Source: Candidatus Poribacteria bacterium
GTDB taxonomy: Bacteria > Poribacteria > WGA-4E > UBA9662
DNA length: 64,000 nucleotides
Assembly: GCA_046582655.1 (NCBI GenBank)
Contig: JAYGDX010000185.1
Coordinates: forward strand, 64,840-128,839
Reading direction: 5' to 3'
Position 1 is the first letter of the stretch; every line of letters begins with the position of its first letter. Positions 21,131 to 31,108 of the stretch are shown here, in pieces. The notes under the pieces were generated by a model. That model ran no database searches and was not told the origin of the DNA. It was given only the letters and a program-made list of their open reading frames with translations. The position numbers were made by a program, and so were the translations under genes.

Positions 21131-22345
21131 TCAATTGCTTAGCTTTTCAAGCAAGGTAGCGGCAAGTTTTTCCGCGAAGGCATCATCGTTAATATGGCTT
21201 TCCTCTTCAATGAGATTCACTTTCTGATCGAGGTTAGCCTTCAGATTTGCGGTCCATGCCTGAATTGCTTCTGGGGAATGGAATGGTTGACCGTCCATGT
21301 CAATTGCCGAAACACCTTTACTTGGAATTATAACTGTGGTAGAGGATTTTGCCCCGTTAAGTTTTTCAGCCATGATTTTACCGAGTGCTGTGTTTTCTTC
21401 AACCGTTGTTCGCATCAATGTCACCGTTGGGTTGTGTTGATAGAATTTCCGATCTTGAAATTTTTCGGGAATGGTGTCTGGTGCGGCGAAGTTTACCATG
21501 TCTAATGCGCCTGGGGCGATGACTTGCGGAATACCAACTTCACCGGCGGCTTCAAGCCTATTAGGTCCAGCACTTAGGACTCCGCCTACTAACTCGTCAG
21601 CTAATTCTGTTGTCGTAACATCAAGGACGCCAACAATAAATCCACCACGAATAAGGTCTTCCATCGCACGGCCTCCAGTTCCCGTTGCGTGGAAAATCAG
21701 TACTTCGTAGCCGTTATCTTCAAGGATTTCGCGTGCTTTGGTTACGCAAGGCGTAGTTACGCCAAACATGGTTGCTGCAATCAACGGTTTATCGACTTGA
21801 TCTGACACCGGCGGTTCTGTGTTGACCATTCCGACAATAGCACTAGCCGCATTTGCCAGAATCTGACGTGAGATACTGTTGATGCCGGCGATGTCAACAA
21901 CAGAGTAAATCATGGCAATGTCTTTGGTTCCGACGTAAGGGCTGGTATCCCCAGACGCCAATGTGGAAACCATCACTTTGGGTGTGCCAACTGGTAATGT
22001 GCGCATCGCAGTTGTCGCGATCGTTGTTCCTGCAGAACCGCCAAGTGATATTATGCCGTTGATTTTCTTTTCATCCCAGAGTTGCGTGATAATTTGCGCT
22101 GCACCCTCTGCCATGATTGCTACGCTGTTTCCTCGATCAGCTTCTTGGCGTAGTTTCGCTAACGAAGCTCCAGAAGCACTAGCGAGGTCATCAGCAGATA
22201 TGTCTGGTTCGAACGGTGGCTCACTCAAAATTCCAGCGTTGACTGTAAGTGTTGAAACGTTAGCAGCTTCAATTTGATTTTTTAGAAACTGAAATTCTAA
22301 CCCCTTGGTGTCAAAAGTGCCAACAAGACATACAGTTTTTCCCAT
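21131..22345 (-). CDS. Tm-1-like ATP-binding domain protein (UPF0261)
   Basis: GTFDTKG, LGGSAGT, YSVVDIAGIN, TMFGVTTPCV, FHATGTGG, HNPTVTLMRT. Confidence 0.92.
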   Translation of the reverse strand: MGKTVCLVGTFDTKGLEFQFLKNQIEAANVSTLTVNAGILSEPPFEPDISADDLASASGASLAKLRQEADRGNSVAIMAEGAAQIITQLWDEKKINGIISLGGSAGTTIATTAMRTLPVGTPKVMVSTLASGDTSPYVGTKDIAMIYSVVDIAGINSISRQILANAASAIVGMVNTEPPVSDQVDKPLIAATMFGVTTPCVTKAREILEDNGYEVLIFHATGTGGRAMEDLIRGGFIVGVLDVTTTELADELVGGVLSAGPNRLEAAGEVGIPQVIAPGALDMVNFAAPDTIPEKFQDRKFYQHNPTVTLMRTTVEENTALGKIMAEKLNGAKSSTTVIIPSKGVSAIDMDGQPFHSPEAIQAWTANLKANLDQKVNLIEEESHINDDAFAEKLAATLLEKLSN

Positions 22346-22383
22346 GTGATTATTTACCTCATACGTTTCACTTATTTAATTCC

Positions 22384-22412
22384 ATTTTAGAATGGTTACT
22401 GGGAATTGTCAA
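22384..22412 (-). promoter_or_regulatory. Sigma70-type promoter for the UPF0261 gene
   Basis: Minus strand TTGACA-N17-TAAAAT. Confidence 0.65.
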
Positions 22413-22433
22413 GATTCAGCGGGAGGACAAATC

Positions 22434-22941
22434 ATGATTTTAAGCGAGGTTTTCGATATTTGTAAGGATATTGAGCTAAGACACGCAAAATTATATGCGA
22501 ATTTACCACTCATATTGGGCGAATTGGATGAGCGTGCTGCTGTATTTTGGGAAAGCATGAGTACTGCAGAGTGGCAACATTATATTATGGTTGATTTTGG
22601 GCGGTCAATCTGTGGGAGGACTGCCAAACTTTCATATTGATCAAATCTTTGAAATTCTCGCCCAAAAAGAGGCTAGGATCTTCAGAGAAGAACTTAGTTT
22701 TAAAGATGGATTCGAGATCGCTATTGAACTGGAGGGAACAGAATCAGATGACCTTTATATTTATCTAACCTCAGTTATTAAGCAAGCGGTTTATGAAAGA
22801 AATCAGCCATATTTGATGGATCGACTTAAAAGAATAGAAAAGGAGATGACGTCACATCATGTCAGTCTCATCGAAGCGACTAAAAAGCTTTCAAGAGACC
22901 CAGAACTTGTGCGGAGGGAAAATGCTCTTCTGCATCCCTAA
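22434..22941 (+). pseudogene. Frameshifted ferritin-like/rubrerythrin-like gene
   Basis: GGAGG RBS and ATG 22434; IELRHAKLY...AEWQH in one frame, FEIAIELE...SHH in another; junction near 22610-22625. Confidence 0.6.
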
Positions 22942-22980
22942 GTGATTGCTTAATTGGTAAAAAATGGGAACGATCAAAGC

Positions 22981-23009
22981 TTGTTTTTTAAACTAATCTG
23001 TGCTAAAAT
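22981..23009 (+). promoter_or_regulatory. Sigma70-type promoter for the NHL protein
   Basis: TTGTTT-N17-TAAAAT with TG extension. Confidence 0.5.
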
Positions 23010-23067
23010 CGGGTTTTAACATCAGAAGTTAGGTGATCTGTAAAAGGTTGCCTCAGGAGATCTCCGA

Positions 23068-25089
23068 ATGAGGAAATTGATTATAATTTTTCTTGCTGTA
23101 TTACTTTGTTTTGTAGATTCAGTAACGTTTGGAGTTGGCTTCTTGAAATTTGAGCGTGAATTCAGCGGAAAGGGATCTAGCAACGGTTTCTTTGGTAAAG
23201 ATATAAACGTTGCTTTCGACGCTGATGGAAACACGTACGTTGCCGATAGCCAAAACCTCCTTATTCAGAAAATTTCTCCACAAGGCAATTTTTTAGATCA
23301 GATTCCGAAGGTAGGTGAGACTACTACTTTCAAGGAACTAGGTGATATTGCTGTTGATCCTACCGGAAACATATATGTTGCTGATACAGCAGCCAACCAT
23401 ATAGCTGAGACCGAAAATCCCAAGATTTATATATTTGCTCCCTGCGTATATAAGTTCAATGCCTTGGGTGAAAAGGTGCATACCTATTTTGTAGGTAATG
23501 TCAATGTTCGTCCCAAGACAGTACTCCCAACCAAATTAATTATCGATGAGGCGGGTAAATCCGCTTTTGCCATACAATCACCAGGATACGACCGCCAAGT
23601 CAAGATAGCTGTTAACAGTGATAGTGAACTTTATATTCTGGATCCGGAAAAAACAAAGGTTCATAAATTCGCTGCCGACGGTGAGAAATTAATGTCTTTT
23701 AGCAGTTATGGAGCGGGTAATGGTGAAATTGACAAAGGAGCATCGGATATAGATGTTGATGCAGAAGGTAACGTTTTTATTGTAGACACCGGTAACCACC
23801 GCATTGTTAAGTTTAATTCCGAAGGGGAGTTTCTGCTTAATTTCGGCCTTCATGGGCGAGATGACGGTGAATTTACCAAACCAAGTTCTATAGTTGTTTT
23901 GAACAATGGGAACGTGCTAGTTAAGGATGCCAGTACGTTCAAGCGATTTAATAAGAAATTAACAATTGGTGACATATTAGCTGCATCATCCGCAGCTGGT
24001 GAATTAGCTGATCCTCTATCTAATTCCATGATGTTAGGTTCTGGAATCTTATCTAATCCTGATTCATCGTTCGATCGAGCATTCAATGACTTCCCAACTA
24101 CACAGTCTCAACTTGTTGAGCGAGTTCAGTTACTTGAAGAATTTGAATATCTTCGTAGATATGAAGGGTATTACGATGAAGCAGGCAAAGATGCTGATAA
24201 AGATATTGATGCGGATCTGCAAGCTGAAGCAATTAAATCTACATATTGGCATCGAGTGATTTCGCGCATTCAGCACTTTGATGCCAACGGTAAGTATTTA
24301 GGCCGATTCTTATATAGTGTTGATAAACAAAATGAACAAGATCGAGATTTGAATTTCTTAACTTTCGATCCATTTGGCAACATTTATCTTCGTGACGGTA
24401 GCGACTTTACTATTAAGCAATACTCAATCAGCGGTTTCACCATCAAAGCTTTGCAAGCCAATGGCTTTTTTAACACTAACTTTAGTACATTTAATAATGA
24501 GATGCTGGAGGACTACGAAGATGTTGATAAGATTCCCGAGTTGCAAGACGAGATTGGGCAAACCAGGTTAAGCAATTCACTTGGTATGATTTATAATATT
24601 TCTGAGAAATTGAATTTTGCATTCTTTGAGAATCCCACCTTCTCCAAGATGCAGGAACGTTACAGCATCCTTAGTAAGAAAGAAGATAGTTATGAACTCG
24701 GTACTCTTTCATTTGACAACAGGACTGAGGCTTTCATAACGCTCGTCACCAATCCGAATCCTTACAAGTACAAGGAATTTAACCTTTACGCTGTGAAAAT
24801 AGATGGTACAACTGATTTATTGAAGGAAGGTGCTTATCCTGAATTAAACAAGCAAAAAGAAACGGATACTGGAAATAAGCATTCATATGGTTTCGGATTA
24901 AATTGGGACATTTTGCGTGAGAACAACACCAACATTAATTTTGGTGTTGGGTATGCTGAAGATAATCCGGCCTATACAAGCAGGAACTTTGTGCGAGAGT
25001 ATTTCGATGTTACCGGAGATAAGTACCAAGTGTTTGCCAGTCGAAATAAGAAAAGAAGTTTCAAGAGTAATTTGACGATTAGATTCTAA
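23068..25089 (+). CDS. Exported NHL-repeat beta-propeller protein with a putative C-terminal outer-membrane beta-barrel
   Basis: Repeats DIAVDPTGNIYVAD, DIDVDAEGNVFIVDTGNHRIVKF, GEFTKPSSI; ends SFKSNLTIRF. Confidence 0.8.
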   Translation: MRKLIIIFLAVLLCFVDSVTFGVGFLKFEREFSGKGSSNGFFGKDINVAFDADGNTYVADSQNLLIQKISPQGNFLDQIPKVGETTTFKELGDIAVDPTGNIYVADTAANHIAETENPKIYIFAPCVYKFNALGEKVHTYFVGNVNVRPKTVLPTKLIIDEAGKSAFAIQSPGYDRQVKIAVNSDSELYILDPEKTKVHKFAADGEKLMSFSSYGAGNGEIDKGASDIDVDAEGNVFIVDTGNHRIVKFNSEGEFLLNFGLHGRDDGEFTKPSSIVVLNNGNVLVKDASTFKRFNKKLTIGDILAASSAAGELADPLSNSMMLGSGILSNPDSSFDRAFNDFPTTQSQLVERVQLLEEFEYLRRYEGYYDEAGKDADKDIDADLQAEAIKSTYWHRVISRIQHFDANGKYLGRFLYSVDKQNEQDRDLNFLTFDPFGNIYLRDGSDFTIKQYSISGFTIKALQANGFFNTNFSTFNNEMLEDYEDVDKIPELQDEIGQTRLSNSLGMIYNISEKLNFAFFENPTFSKMQERYSILSKKEDSYELGTLSFDNRTEAFITLVTNPNPYKYKEFNLYAVKIDGTTDLLKEGAYPELNKQKETDTGNKHSYGFGLNWDILRENNTNINFGVGYAEDNPAYTSRNFVREYFDVTGDKYQVFASRNKKRSFKSNLTIRF

Positions 25090-25096
25090 GTTTTGG

Positions 25097-26062
25097 TTAT
25101 TCCTCCAGTAACGCCTTGGCTAAGATTTTATCTGCGACTTCCATTGTTTTGACGGCGTCAGAGAAATTTGATTCCGGTTGCTCACCCGATTTAATGCAAT
25201 CGATAAAGTTCCGGTTTTTTGCTTGAAACCCACCAAAGATAAAGTTTTGATTACTTCCTGCCACTTCACACGTATCATATTCAATGCCACTGTAATCTCC
25301 ATCTGCGTACAGGTATCCTTTCCCCTCGTGTTCCGCTTCAGCACAGATATTGGGTGCGTGCATTTCTACCCTGAAAACACGACGACCGCTCGTCCAACTA
25401 TTTTGGAGAATCCCGATAGTACCGTTATCAAAGTGTAGAAGTGCCATGATGAAATTAATGTCATGGTAGAGAACTGATCTGGCAATGCTATCAATTTTCA
25501 CCACTTCACCGCCGCACATCCACCTTAGTGTGTCAATGGCATGAACGCCATCGTCCATCATCCGGTCTCGCATGCCGAAAGTTGGACCATCTGTTTTATA
25601 GAAGGTACAAATGGCATGGGTAATAGGACCACGTTCAAGACACTTTTCGTGGAGCATCACTACCATTGGACAGGATCTGCGCTGGAAACTTACTTGGGTA
25701 ATGCAGTCGTTCGCCTCTGCGAGCTCTGCAAGGGATCTGGCTTGATGTATGGAAAGTCCCATTGGTTTCTCAGTGTATAAGTTTAGGCCTTGATTGAGGC
25801 ACCATGTCCAAATGTCATACATATAATGTGGTTGTCCAATGACATAAACACCATCTGGTGCAGTATCTTCAATCATTCTTACATAGTTTTCATACCGTTT
25901 CTCAACTTTATATGTGTCAGCGGTTGTATTTAGACGTTCCTTATTGAGATCGCAAATGGCTGCAATCTCCACATCATCAAATGAAGCAAGTGATGGGTAG
26001 TGGACACCATTAGCCATACCACCCGCGCCCACCATTGCAATTCGGATTTTCGATTCATTCAT
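25097..26062 (-). CDS. Gfo/Idh/MocA oxidoreductase
   Basis: IAMVGAGGMA, EKPMG, DDGVHAID. Confidence 0.92.
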   Translation of the reverse strand: MNESKIRIAMVGAGGMANGVHYPSLASFDDVEIAAICDLNKERLNTTADTYKVEKRYENYVRMIEDTAPDGVYVIGQPHYMYDIWTWCLNQGLNLYTEKPMGLSIHQARSLAELAEANDCITQVSFQRRSCPMVVMLHEKCLERGPITHAICTFYKTDGPTFGMRDRMMDDGVHAIDTLRWMCGGEVVKIDSIARSVLYHDINFIMALLHFDNGTIGILQNSWTSGRRVFRVEMHAPNICAEAEHEGKGYLYADGDYSGIEYDTCEVAGSNQNFIFGGFQAKNRNFIDCIKSGEQPESNFSDAVKTMEVADKILAKALLEE

Positions 26063-26145
26063 ATTTAATCTCCAGCGTTGAACGAAATTTCATCTTAATC
26101 CTAATCCTGTATAAAAGGTTGAAGTCTTTGAGATTTCAGAGGAGT

Positions 26146-26469
26146 TTATCCTCCTTGTACGCTTTCATCTATCCACTTGAGATAATCTGGGTTCCCAGAA
26201 ATGATTGGAACAACAGTGACTTCGCAGACATCATAGCTATGCAGTTTTTTAACTGTTTGGGTCAGTTGGCTTACAAGGCTTGATTTAGTCTTAATTATCA
26301 TTTTTGCTTCAGTATCGTTTTCAATCTTCCCTTGCCAACGGTAAATTGAAAGGATTTCTGGCACGATGTTTACACACGCTGCAAGCTGTTGACCTACTAA
26401 TACTTCAGCTATGTGTTTCGCCTCTTCTACACTTCTAGTTGTTATAAAAACAATTACGTGTTCGCTCAT
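26146..26469 (-). CDS. cutA: Divalent-cation tolerance protein CutA
   Basis: LAACVNI, SIYRWQGKIE, IKT, HSYDVCE, YLKWI. Confidence 0.93.
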   Translation of the reverse strand: MSEHVIVFITTRSVEEAKHIAEVLVGQQLAACVNIVPEILSIYRWQGKIENDTEAKMIIKTKSSLVSQLTQTVKKLHSYDVCEVTVVPIISGNPDYLKWIDESVQGG

Positions 26470-26554
26470 CGGTTTTGTCAATTAGATTACGCAGTACCAT
26501 CTGCCATAGTGTTTAGTGGTACAGACTTCTGACAGTGCGCTTTAAAGAACCAGC

Positions 26555-26583
26555 ATGATAGCAATCGGATTGAGATGTGTCAA
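26555..26583 (-). promoter_or_regulatory. Sigma70-type promoter for cutA, back-to-back with the ffh promoter
   Basis: Minus strand TTGACA-N17-TATCAT with TG extension. Confidence 0.65.
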
Positions 26584-26593
26584 GATTTTCATT

Positions 26594-26621
26594 TACATTG
26601 ACAATTATACATTGACAATTA
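26594..26621 (+). repeat. 14-bp tandem duplication TACATTGACAATTA x2 in the ffh promoter
   Basis: Exact repeat; each copy holds TTGACA; the second is 18 bp from TATCTT (26636-26641). Confidence 0.85.
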
Positions 26622-26693
26622 TTTCAATGGTAGTGTATCTTAAGCGAGGATTTTCCAAAGTATTCTGAAGTTTGAAATCATTAAGTTGAACTA

Positions 26694-28070
26694 ATGTTCG
26701 AGAGTCTAACTGAAAAATTACAAAGCACATTCAAGAAACTGAGTGGGCAAGGCAAACTGACCGAAAAGAATGTTTCTGATGCTCTACGTGAAGTTCGCTT
26801 TGCCTTGCTTGAAGCAGATGTCAGTTATAAGATCGTTCGTCAGTTTGTAGATGATGTTAAGGAAAGGTCACTTGGTCAAGAAATTCTTGGCAGTCTAACC
26901 CCCGAATTACAAATTGCGAAAATCATCGGTGACGAACTGACGAATCTGATGGGGCAGAAGTCGGAAAAAATTCAGGTTTCGCCTAGTGGAACGACAGTAT
27001 TGATGATGGTTGGACTTCAAGGATCAGGCAAGACTACGGCATCTGCCAAACTTGCATTAAAATTCAAAACAGAAGGGCGAAACCCCCTATTAGTTGCGGC
27101 TGATATCTATCGTCCGGCGGCGATTGAACAACTTCAGATCTTGGGTGAGCAAATTGAGATACCTGTGTTCTCAATGGGTATAGATGTATCTCCGGTTTCG
27201 ATTGCTCAAGCGGCGGTTGAACAGGCGATAAATCGTAGTAATACTTTCGTTATTATTGATACTGCTGGTCGTCTGCATATCGATGAAGACCTAATGGGGG
27301 AATTGGAAAATATCCAGTCCTGTGTTAATCCAACGGAAACGCTCCTGGTTGTTGATTCAATGACCGGGCAAGATGCAGTCAATGTTGCAGAACACTTTAG
27401 CAAGGATCTTGACATAACAGGTGTTATCCTGACCAAGCTGGATGGTGATGCCCGTGGTGGTGCCGCCCTTTCAATACGCGCGGCAACTGGTACTCCTATT
27501 AAGTTTGTCAGTACCGGTGAAAAGATCGATGGTCATACGTTGGAGGAGTTTTATCCGGATCGGATGGCATCCCGGATTCTTGGGCAAGGGGATTTCAAAA
27601 CGCTTCTTGACCGAGCTGAATCGATCTTCAGTGAAGAACAAGCCAAGGAACTCGAAGAAAAACTGATGAGCAAGAAAGGCTTGGACTTTAATGATATGTT
27701 AACCCAATTTGAACAAATTAATAAAATGGGTTCGTTGGATCAGTTGATTGGCATGGTTCCCGGCATGTCAAAGGCTTTACCGAAAGGGGCTCAGGTTGAC
27801 GAGAATCAGATGAAATATGCAAAATCAATCATTCAATCTATGACACTGGGTGAACGTCGTAATTACGCAATTTTAGATCGTTCCCGTCGGCAGCGAATCG
27901 CTAAAGGAAGCGGAACCAGAGTCAGTCAGGTCAACCAGTTGGTCAGTCAGCTAAAAATGATGAATCAGATGTTTAACCAGCAAGCTGTCCATGCGCCTCA
28001 ATTTGGACTGAGTATTGGGAAAGGCCCCAAAAACAAGCTGGCGCGAAAAAAAAGAAAACGTCGTCGGTGA
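26694..28070 (+). CDS. ffh: Signal recognition particle protein Ffh
   Basis: GLQGSGKTT, DTAGRL, TKLDGDARGG, M-domain RRQRIAKGSG. Confidence 0.99.
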   Translation: MFESLTEKLQSTFKKLSGQGKLTEKNVSDALREVRFALLEADVSYKIVRQFVDDVKERSLGQEILGSLTPELQIAKIIGDELTNLMGQKSEKIQVSPSGTTVLMMVGLQGSGKTTASAKLALKFKTEGRNPLLVAADIYRPAAIEQLQILGEQIEIPVFSMGIDVSPVSIAQAAVEQAINRSNTFVIIDTAGRLHIDEDLMGELENIQSCVNPTETLLVVDSMTGQDAVNVAEHFSKDLDITGVILTKLDGDARGGAALSIRAATGTPIKFVSTGEKIDGHTLEEFYPDRMASRILGQGDFKTLLDRAESIFSEEQAKELEEKLMSKKGLDFNDMLTQFEQINKMGSLDQLIGMVPGMSKALPKGAQVDENQMKYAKSIIQSMTLGERRNYAILDRSRRQRIAKGSGTRVSQVNQLVSQLKMMNQMFNQQAVHAPQFGLSIGKGPKNKLARKKRKRRR

Positions 28071-28113
28071 TTTTGAACATAAATTAATTGAATAGAAATT
28101 AGAGGAGTGACTA

Positions 28114-28530
28114 TTGGCTGTTAAAATTAGACTGCAAAGACATGGGCGTAAAAAACGTCCATTTTACCGCATCGTTGCTGCGGACTGCCGAAGCGCACGC
28201 AATGGTGCTTTCATTGAGAGACTTGGACACTATAATCCGTTAACTGATCCCGCAGAAATTGTTATTCATTCTGATAAAGCTCTCAAATGGCTTCGTAATG
28301 GAGCACAACCTACAGATACAGCAAAGAACTTACTGTCGAAGGTTGGTGTATGGAAAAGGTTTCACGACGAAAAACTTGGGCTTGCTTCAATTGATGATCC
28401 CTTTGTTGCAGTTGGCGTTGATGTGGTGGAAGGCTCGGCAGATCAGTCGAGTCTGGATGGTGAGGGGATATCGGCTGAGCCTGTCGACACCGACCAGTCC
28501 TTAGACTCCCAAGGGAACGAAGAAGAGTAG
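28114..28530 (+). CDS. rpsP: 30S ribosomal protein S16 with acidic C-terminal tail
   Basis: [37 protein letters not shown] start with GAGGAG. Confidence 0.97.
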   Translation: MAVKIRLQRHGRKKRPFYRIVAADCRSARNGAFIERLGHYNPLTDPAEIVIHSDKALKWLRNGAQPTDTAKNLLSKVGVWKRFHDEKLGLASIDDPFVAVGVDVVEGSADQSSLDGEGISAEPVDTDQSLDSQGNEEE

Positions 28531-28581
28531 TCAACTCTGGATCTTATGTAGCAAATCAAATTAGATTTTCGACCGTTGCAA

Positions 28582-28989
28582 ATGTCTCTAATTATCAAGC
28601 GCCCCGTTGTTATACAACACGTCGTTACGGCGGAATTCAAATCCCAATTAACAAATGAGATTGAGGAAGCAATCAATCAAATTGATCTTTGGTTGGAACA
28701 AGAGGAATTCCAGAGCCGTCGGTTAATCACTGAAGCTGAGAAAGAGGGTAAGGAGTTTGTAAGTTCTCTTCGTCAGGAAATTGAGGCCGAACGAGGTAAA
28801 CAAACGCAAGTCAGACAAAATTTACTGGCTAGGCTGCAGGAGGTCAAACAACTCGAAATCGATAGTTTTTTTGTCAGTGGCACATACGATGCCCCTATAA
28901 AAATTGAGGTTGGTGATAACATTCGGACTAAATTGTCTCAGGTTCAGGTTGTTGTGAAAGATGGTATTGTCATTCAAGTTATTGAATAG
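28582..28989 (+). CDS. YlqD-family protein
   Basis: IKRPVVIQHVVT...IEVGDN...VVVKDGIV; position after rpsP. Confidence 0.8.
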   Translation: MSLIIKRPVVIQHVVTAEFKSQLTNEIEEAINQIDLWLEQEEFQSRRLITEAEKEGKEFVSSLRQEIEAERGKQTQVRQNLLARLQEVKQLEIDSFFVSGTYDAPIKIEVGDNIRTKLSQVQVVVKDGIVIQVIE

Positions 28990-29022
28990 TCAAGTTTCTC
29001 AAGGCCGGTGTAGAAGTGAGAG

Positions 29023-29721
29023 ATGAAAATCGACGTTATCGCTATTTTTCCTGAAATCCTCGAAATGGCGCTTCATGTCGGGATTCTGAAACGAGCCATT
29101 GATCGGGATCTACTGGAAGTTCACCTCCATAATCTACGAAATTTTGCCGAGGGCAATCGTCGCACCGTTGATGATTATCCTTACGGTGGTGAATCGGGAA
29201 TGATCCTTAAACCGGAGCCGCTTTTTGCTGCAGTTAGATCGCTTGAACCTACAGAAGTGACTCGAGTCATTTTCCTTACTCCACAAGGAAAGCCCTTTAA
29301 TCAACGAATAGCTGAGGAACTTTCTCTTGAGACACATTTGGTTTTGATCTGTGGTCGTTATAAAGGGATTGATCAACGAGTTCGTGAAAAGTTAATTACG
29401 GACGAAATATCTATTGGTGATTATGTCTTGAGTGGTGGAGAGGTTCCCGCGCTTGTTTTAATTGATGCAATTGGGCGAGTTCTACCAAGTGCGTTAGGTG
29501 ATTATGAATCGGCTCAGAATGATTCGTTTAGTCGAGAATTGCTTGATCATCCTCACTATACGCGTCCTGCTGAATTTGAAGGTATGAAGGTGCCGGATAT
29601 TTTATTGAGTGGGCATCATCAGAAGATTACAGATTGGAAAAGGGATCGGTCTCTGGAGAAAACAGCAGAGCAACGCCCCGACCTCTTACATAAGTTTAAG
29701 AATAACGAAGTTCTAGACTAA
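29023..29721 (+). CDS. trmD: tRNA (guanine37-N1)-methyltransferase
   Basis: VDDYPYGG, CGRYKGIDQRV, SIGDYVLSGGE, PHYTRP, LLSGHH. Confidence 0.98.
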   Translation: MKIDVIAIFPEILEMALHVGILKRAIDRDLLEVHLHNLRNFAEGNRRTVDDYPYGGESGMILKPEPLFAAVRSLEPTEVTRVIFLTPQGKPFNQRIAEELSLETHLVLICGRYKGIDQRVREKLITDEISIGDYVLSGGEVPALVLIDAIGRVLPSALGDYESAQNDSFSRELLDHPHYTRPAEFEGMKVPDILLSGHHQKITDWKRDRSLEKTAEQRPDLLHKFKNNEVLD

Positions 29722-29732
29722 GGAAAATAAAG

Positions 29733-30074
29733 ATGAATCTTTTAGAATCTGTTGAAAACGAATATATAAGAACTGACGAACTAAATTTTGGTGTTGGAGA
29801 TCTCATTCGAGTAAACAATAGAATTCGTGAGGGAACAAAAGAGCGTATTCAAGCCTACGAAGGTACAGTCATTCGGAATCGGGATAGAGGCCTGAGATCA
29901 ACTTTCACCGTTCGGCGCTTAGCTTACGGCACTGGTAGTGAACGAACCTTTCCACTACACTCACCAAATATTGAAAGTATTCAAGTTATTCGACATGGTG
30001 GTGTTCGGCGGGCTAAACTTTACTACCTACGTAACCGGACTGGGAGAGCTTCGCGCGTTCCTGAGAAGAAATGA
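29733..30074 (+). CDS. rplS: 50S ribosomal protein L19
   Basis: REGTKERIQAYEG, VRRAKLYYLR. Confidence 0.98.
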   Translation: MNLLESVENEYIRTDELNFGVGDLIRVNNRIREGTKERIQAYEGTVIRNRDRGLRSTFTVRRLAYGTGSERTFPLHSPNIESIQVIRHGGVRRAKLYYLRNRTGRASRVPEKK

Positions 30075-30697
30075 ATAGAAGATAAAAAACACATTTCGTT
30101 GAGAGATTTGATATCCAGCAGTTTGAAGGTAGTTTAGTCAAGCAGGGTTATCTTAGGATAGCAGGTGTTGATGAAGCGGGTCGGGGGGCCTTAGCTGGAC
30201 CGGTGGTTGCAGCTGCTATTATTCTTCCGTTTAGGTGTGAAATTACTGGTTTGACCGATTCAAAGCAGCTAACGTCAGCGCAGCGAGAAGCATTCTTCTC
30301 GCAAATTGAAAGAGACGCAGTTAGAGTTGGAATTGGTATTGTCGATCACCAGATTATAGATCAAATCAATATTTTGCAGGCCACGAAGCTTGCCATGCAG
30401 AAAGCTATTGAAAGTATTATCCCTCCCCCAGATTACGTTCTTGTTGATGGAAACCAATTACCGCTAGTTCAAATGCCTGGACAATCTGTAATCAAAGGGG
30501 ATTCACTCGTTCAGTCGATTGCTGCCGCCTCAGTGATGGCGAAAGTAACTCGTGATCGAATAATGATCGCATTTGATGTAGACTATCCTGATTTTGGATT
30601 CAAGAAGCATAAGGGCTACGGCACACCGCGACATCGGCAAGCAATTGTAGATCTTGATCCGTGTCCGATTCATCGAACCAGTTTTAAATTGACATAA
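30071..30697 (+). CDS. rnhB: Ribonuclease HII; in-frame TAA at codon 5 (30083-30085), so the start is non-canonical or the gene is disrupted
   Basis: Frame upstream of the track ORF reads IAGVDEAGRGALAGPVVAAA; also DSKQL, LVDGN, IKGD, SIAAASVMAKVTRD, HKGYGT. Confidence 0.9.
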
Positions 30698-31049
30698 ATT
30701 CGACAGTTAAGATCGGTAAAATCTAGAGAATCATCTGCTGCAGAATATCTTGAAGCTAAAGGCTATAGGGTTTAATCACAAAACTATTGCACTCACTTTG
30801 GGAGGATTGGCTTGGTTGTTGGCGTTGACGGCCAAATCGTATTCGTTGAAGTAAAGACACGACAAAGCCTCATAATATGGTCTGTAACCAAACAGAAGGA
30901 GATTTTACGCGTTATGCTGAATTACCTTGAAATCTGGAGCAAAATTGGATCAAACCTGCAGATTCGATGTAATTGTAATCTCGCTTTCCCAAAAGGCTAG
31001 GCTTATTAAGCTTGAACGCATTGAAAATACATTCGAGTTTTGTGTTTAA
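30694..31049 (+). pseudogene. yraN: Decayed YraN (UPF0102) endonuclease gene
   Basis: AAEYLEAKGYRV*SQNY...IVFVEVKTR, then CRFDVI...IENTF in another frame; ATA in place of a start, stop at 30773, at least two frameshifts. Confidence 0.85.
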
Positions 31050-31108
31050 TGGGGAACAAGTTGGTTTTATAGATTGTCTGTCAAAATGGATGATACATGA
31101 GAAAAGAC

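Noticed and set aside
30812..31000. 62-aa ORF as an intact gene
   Set aside because: It is a fragment of the yraN pseudogene.
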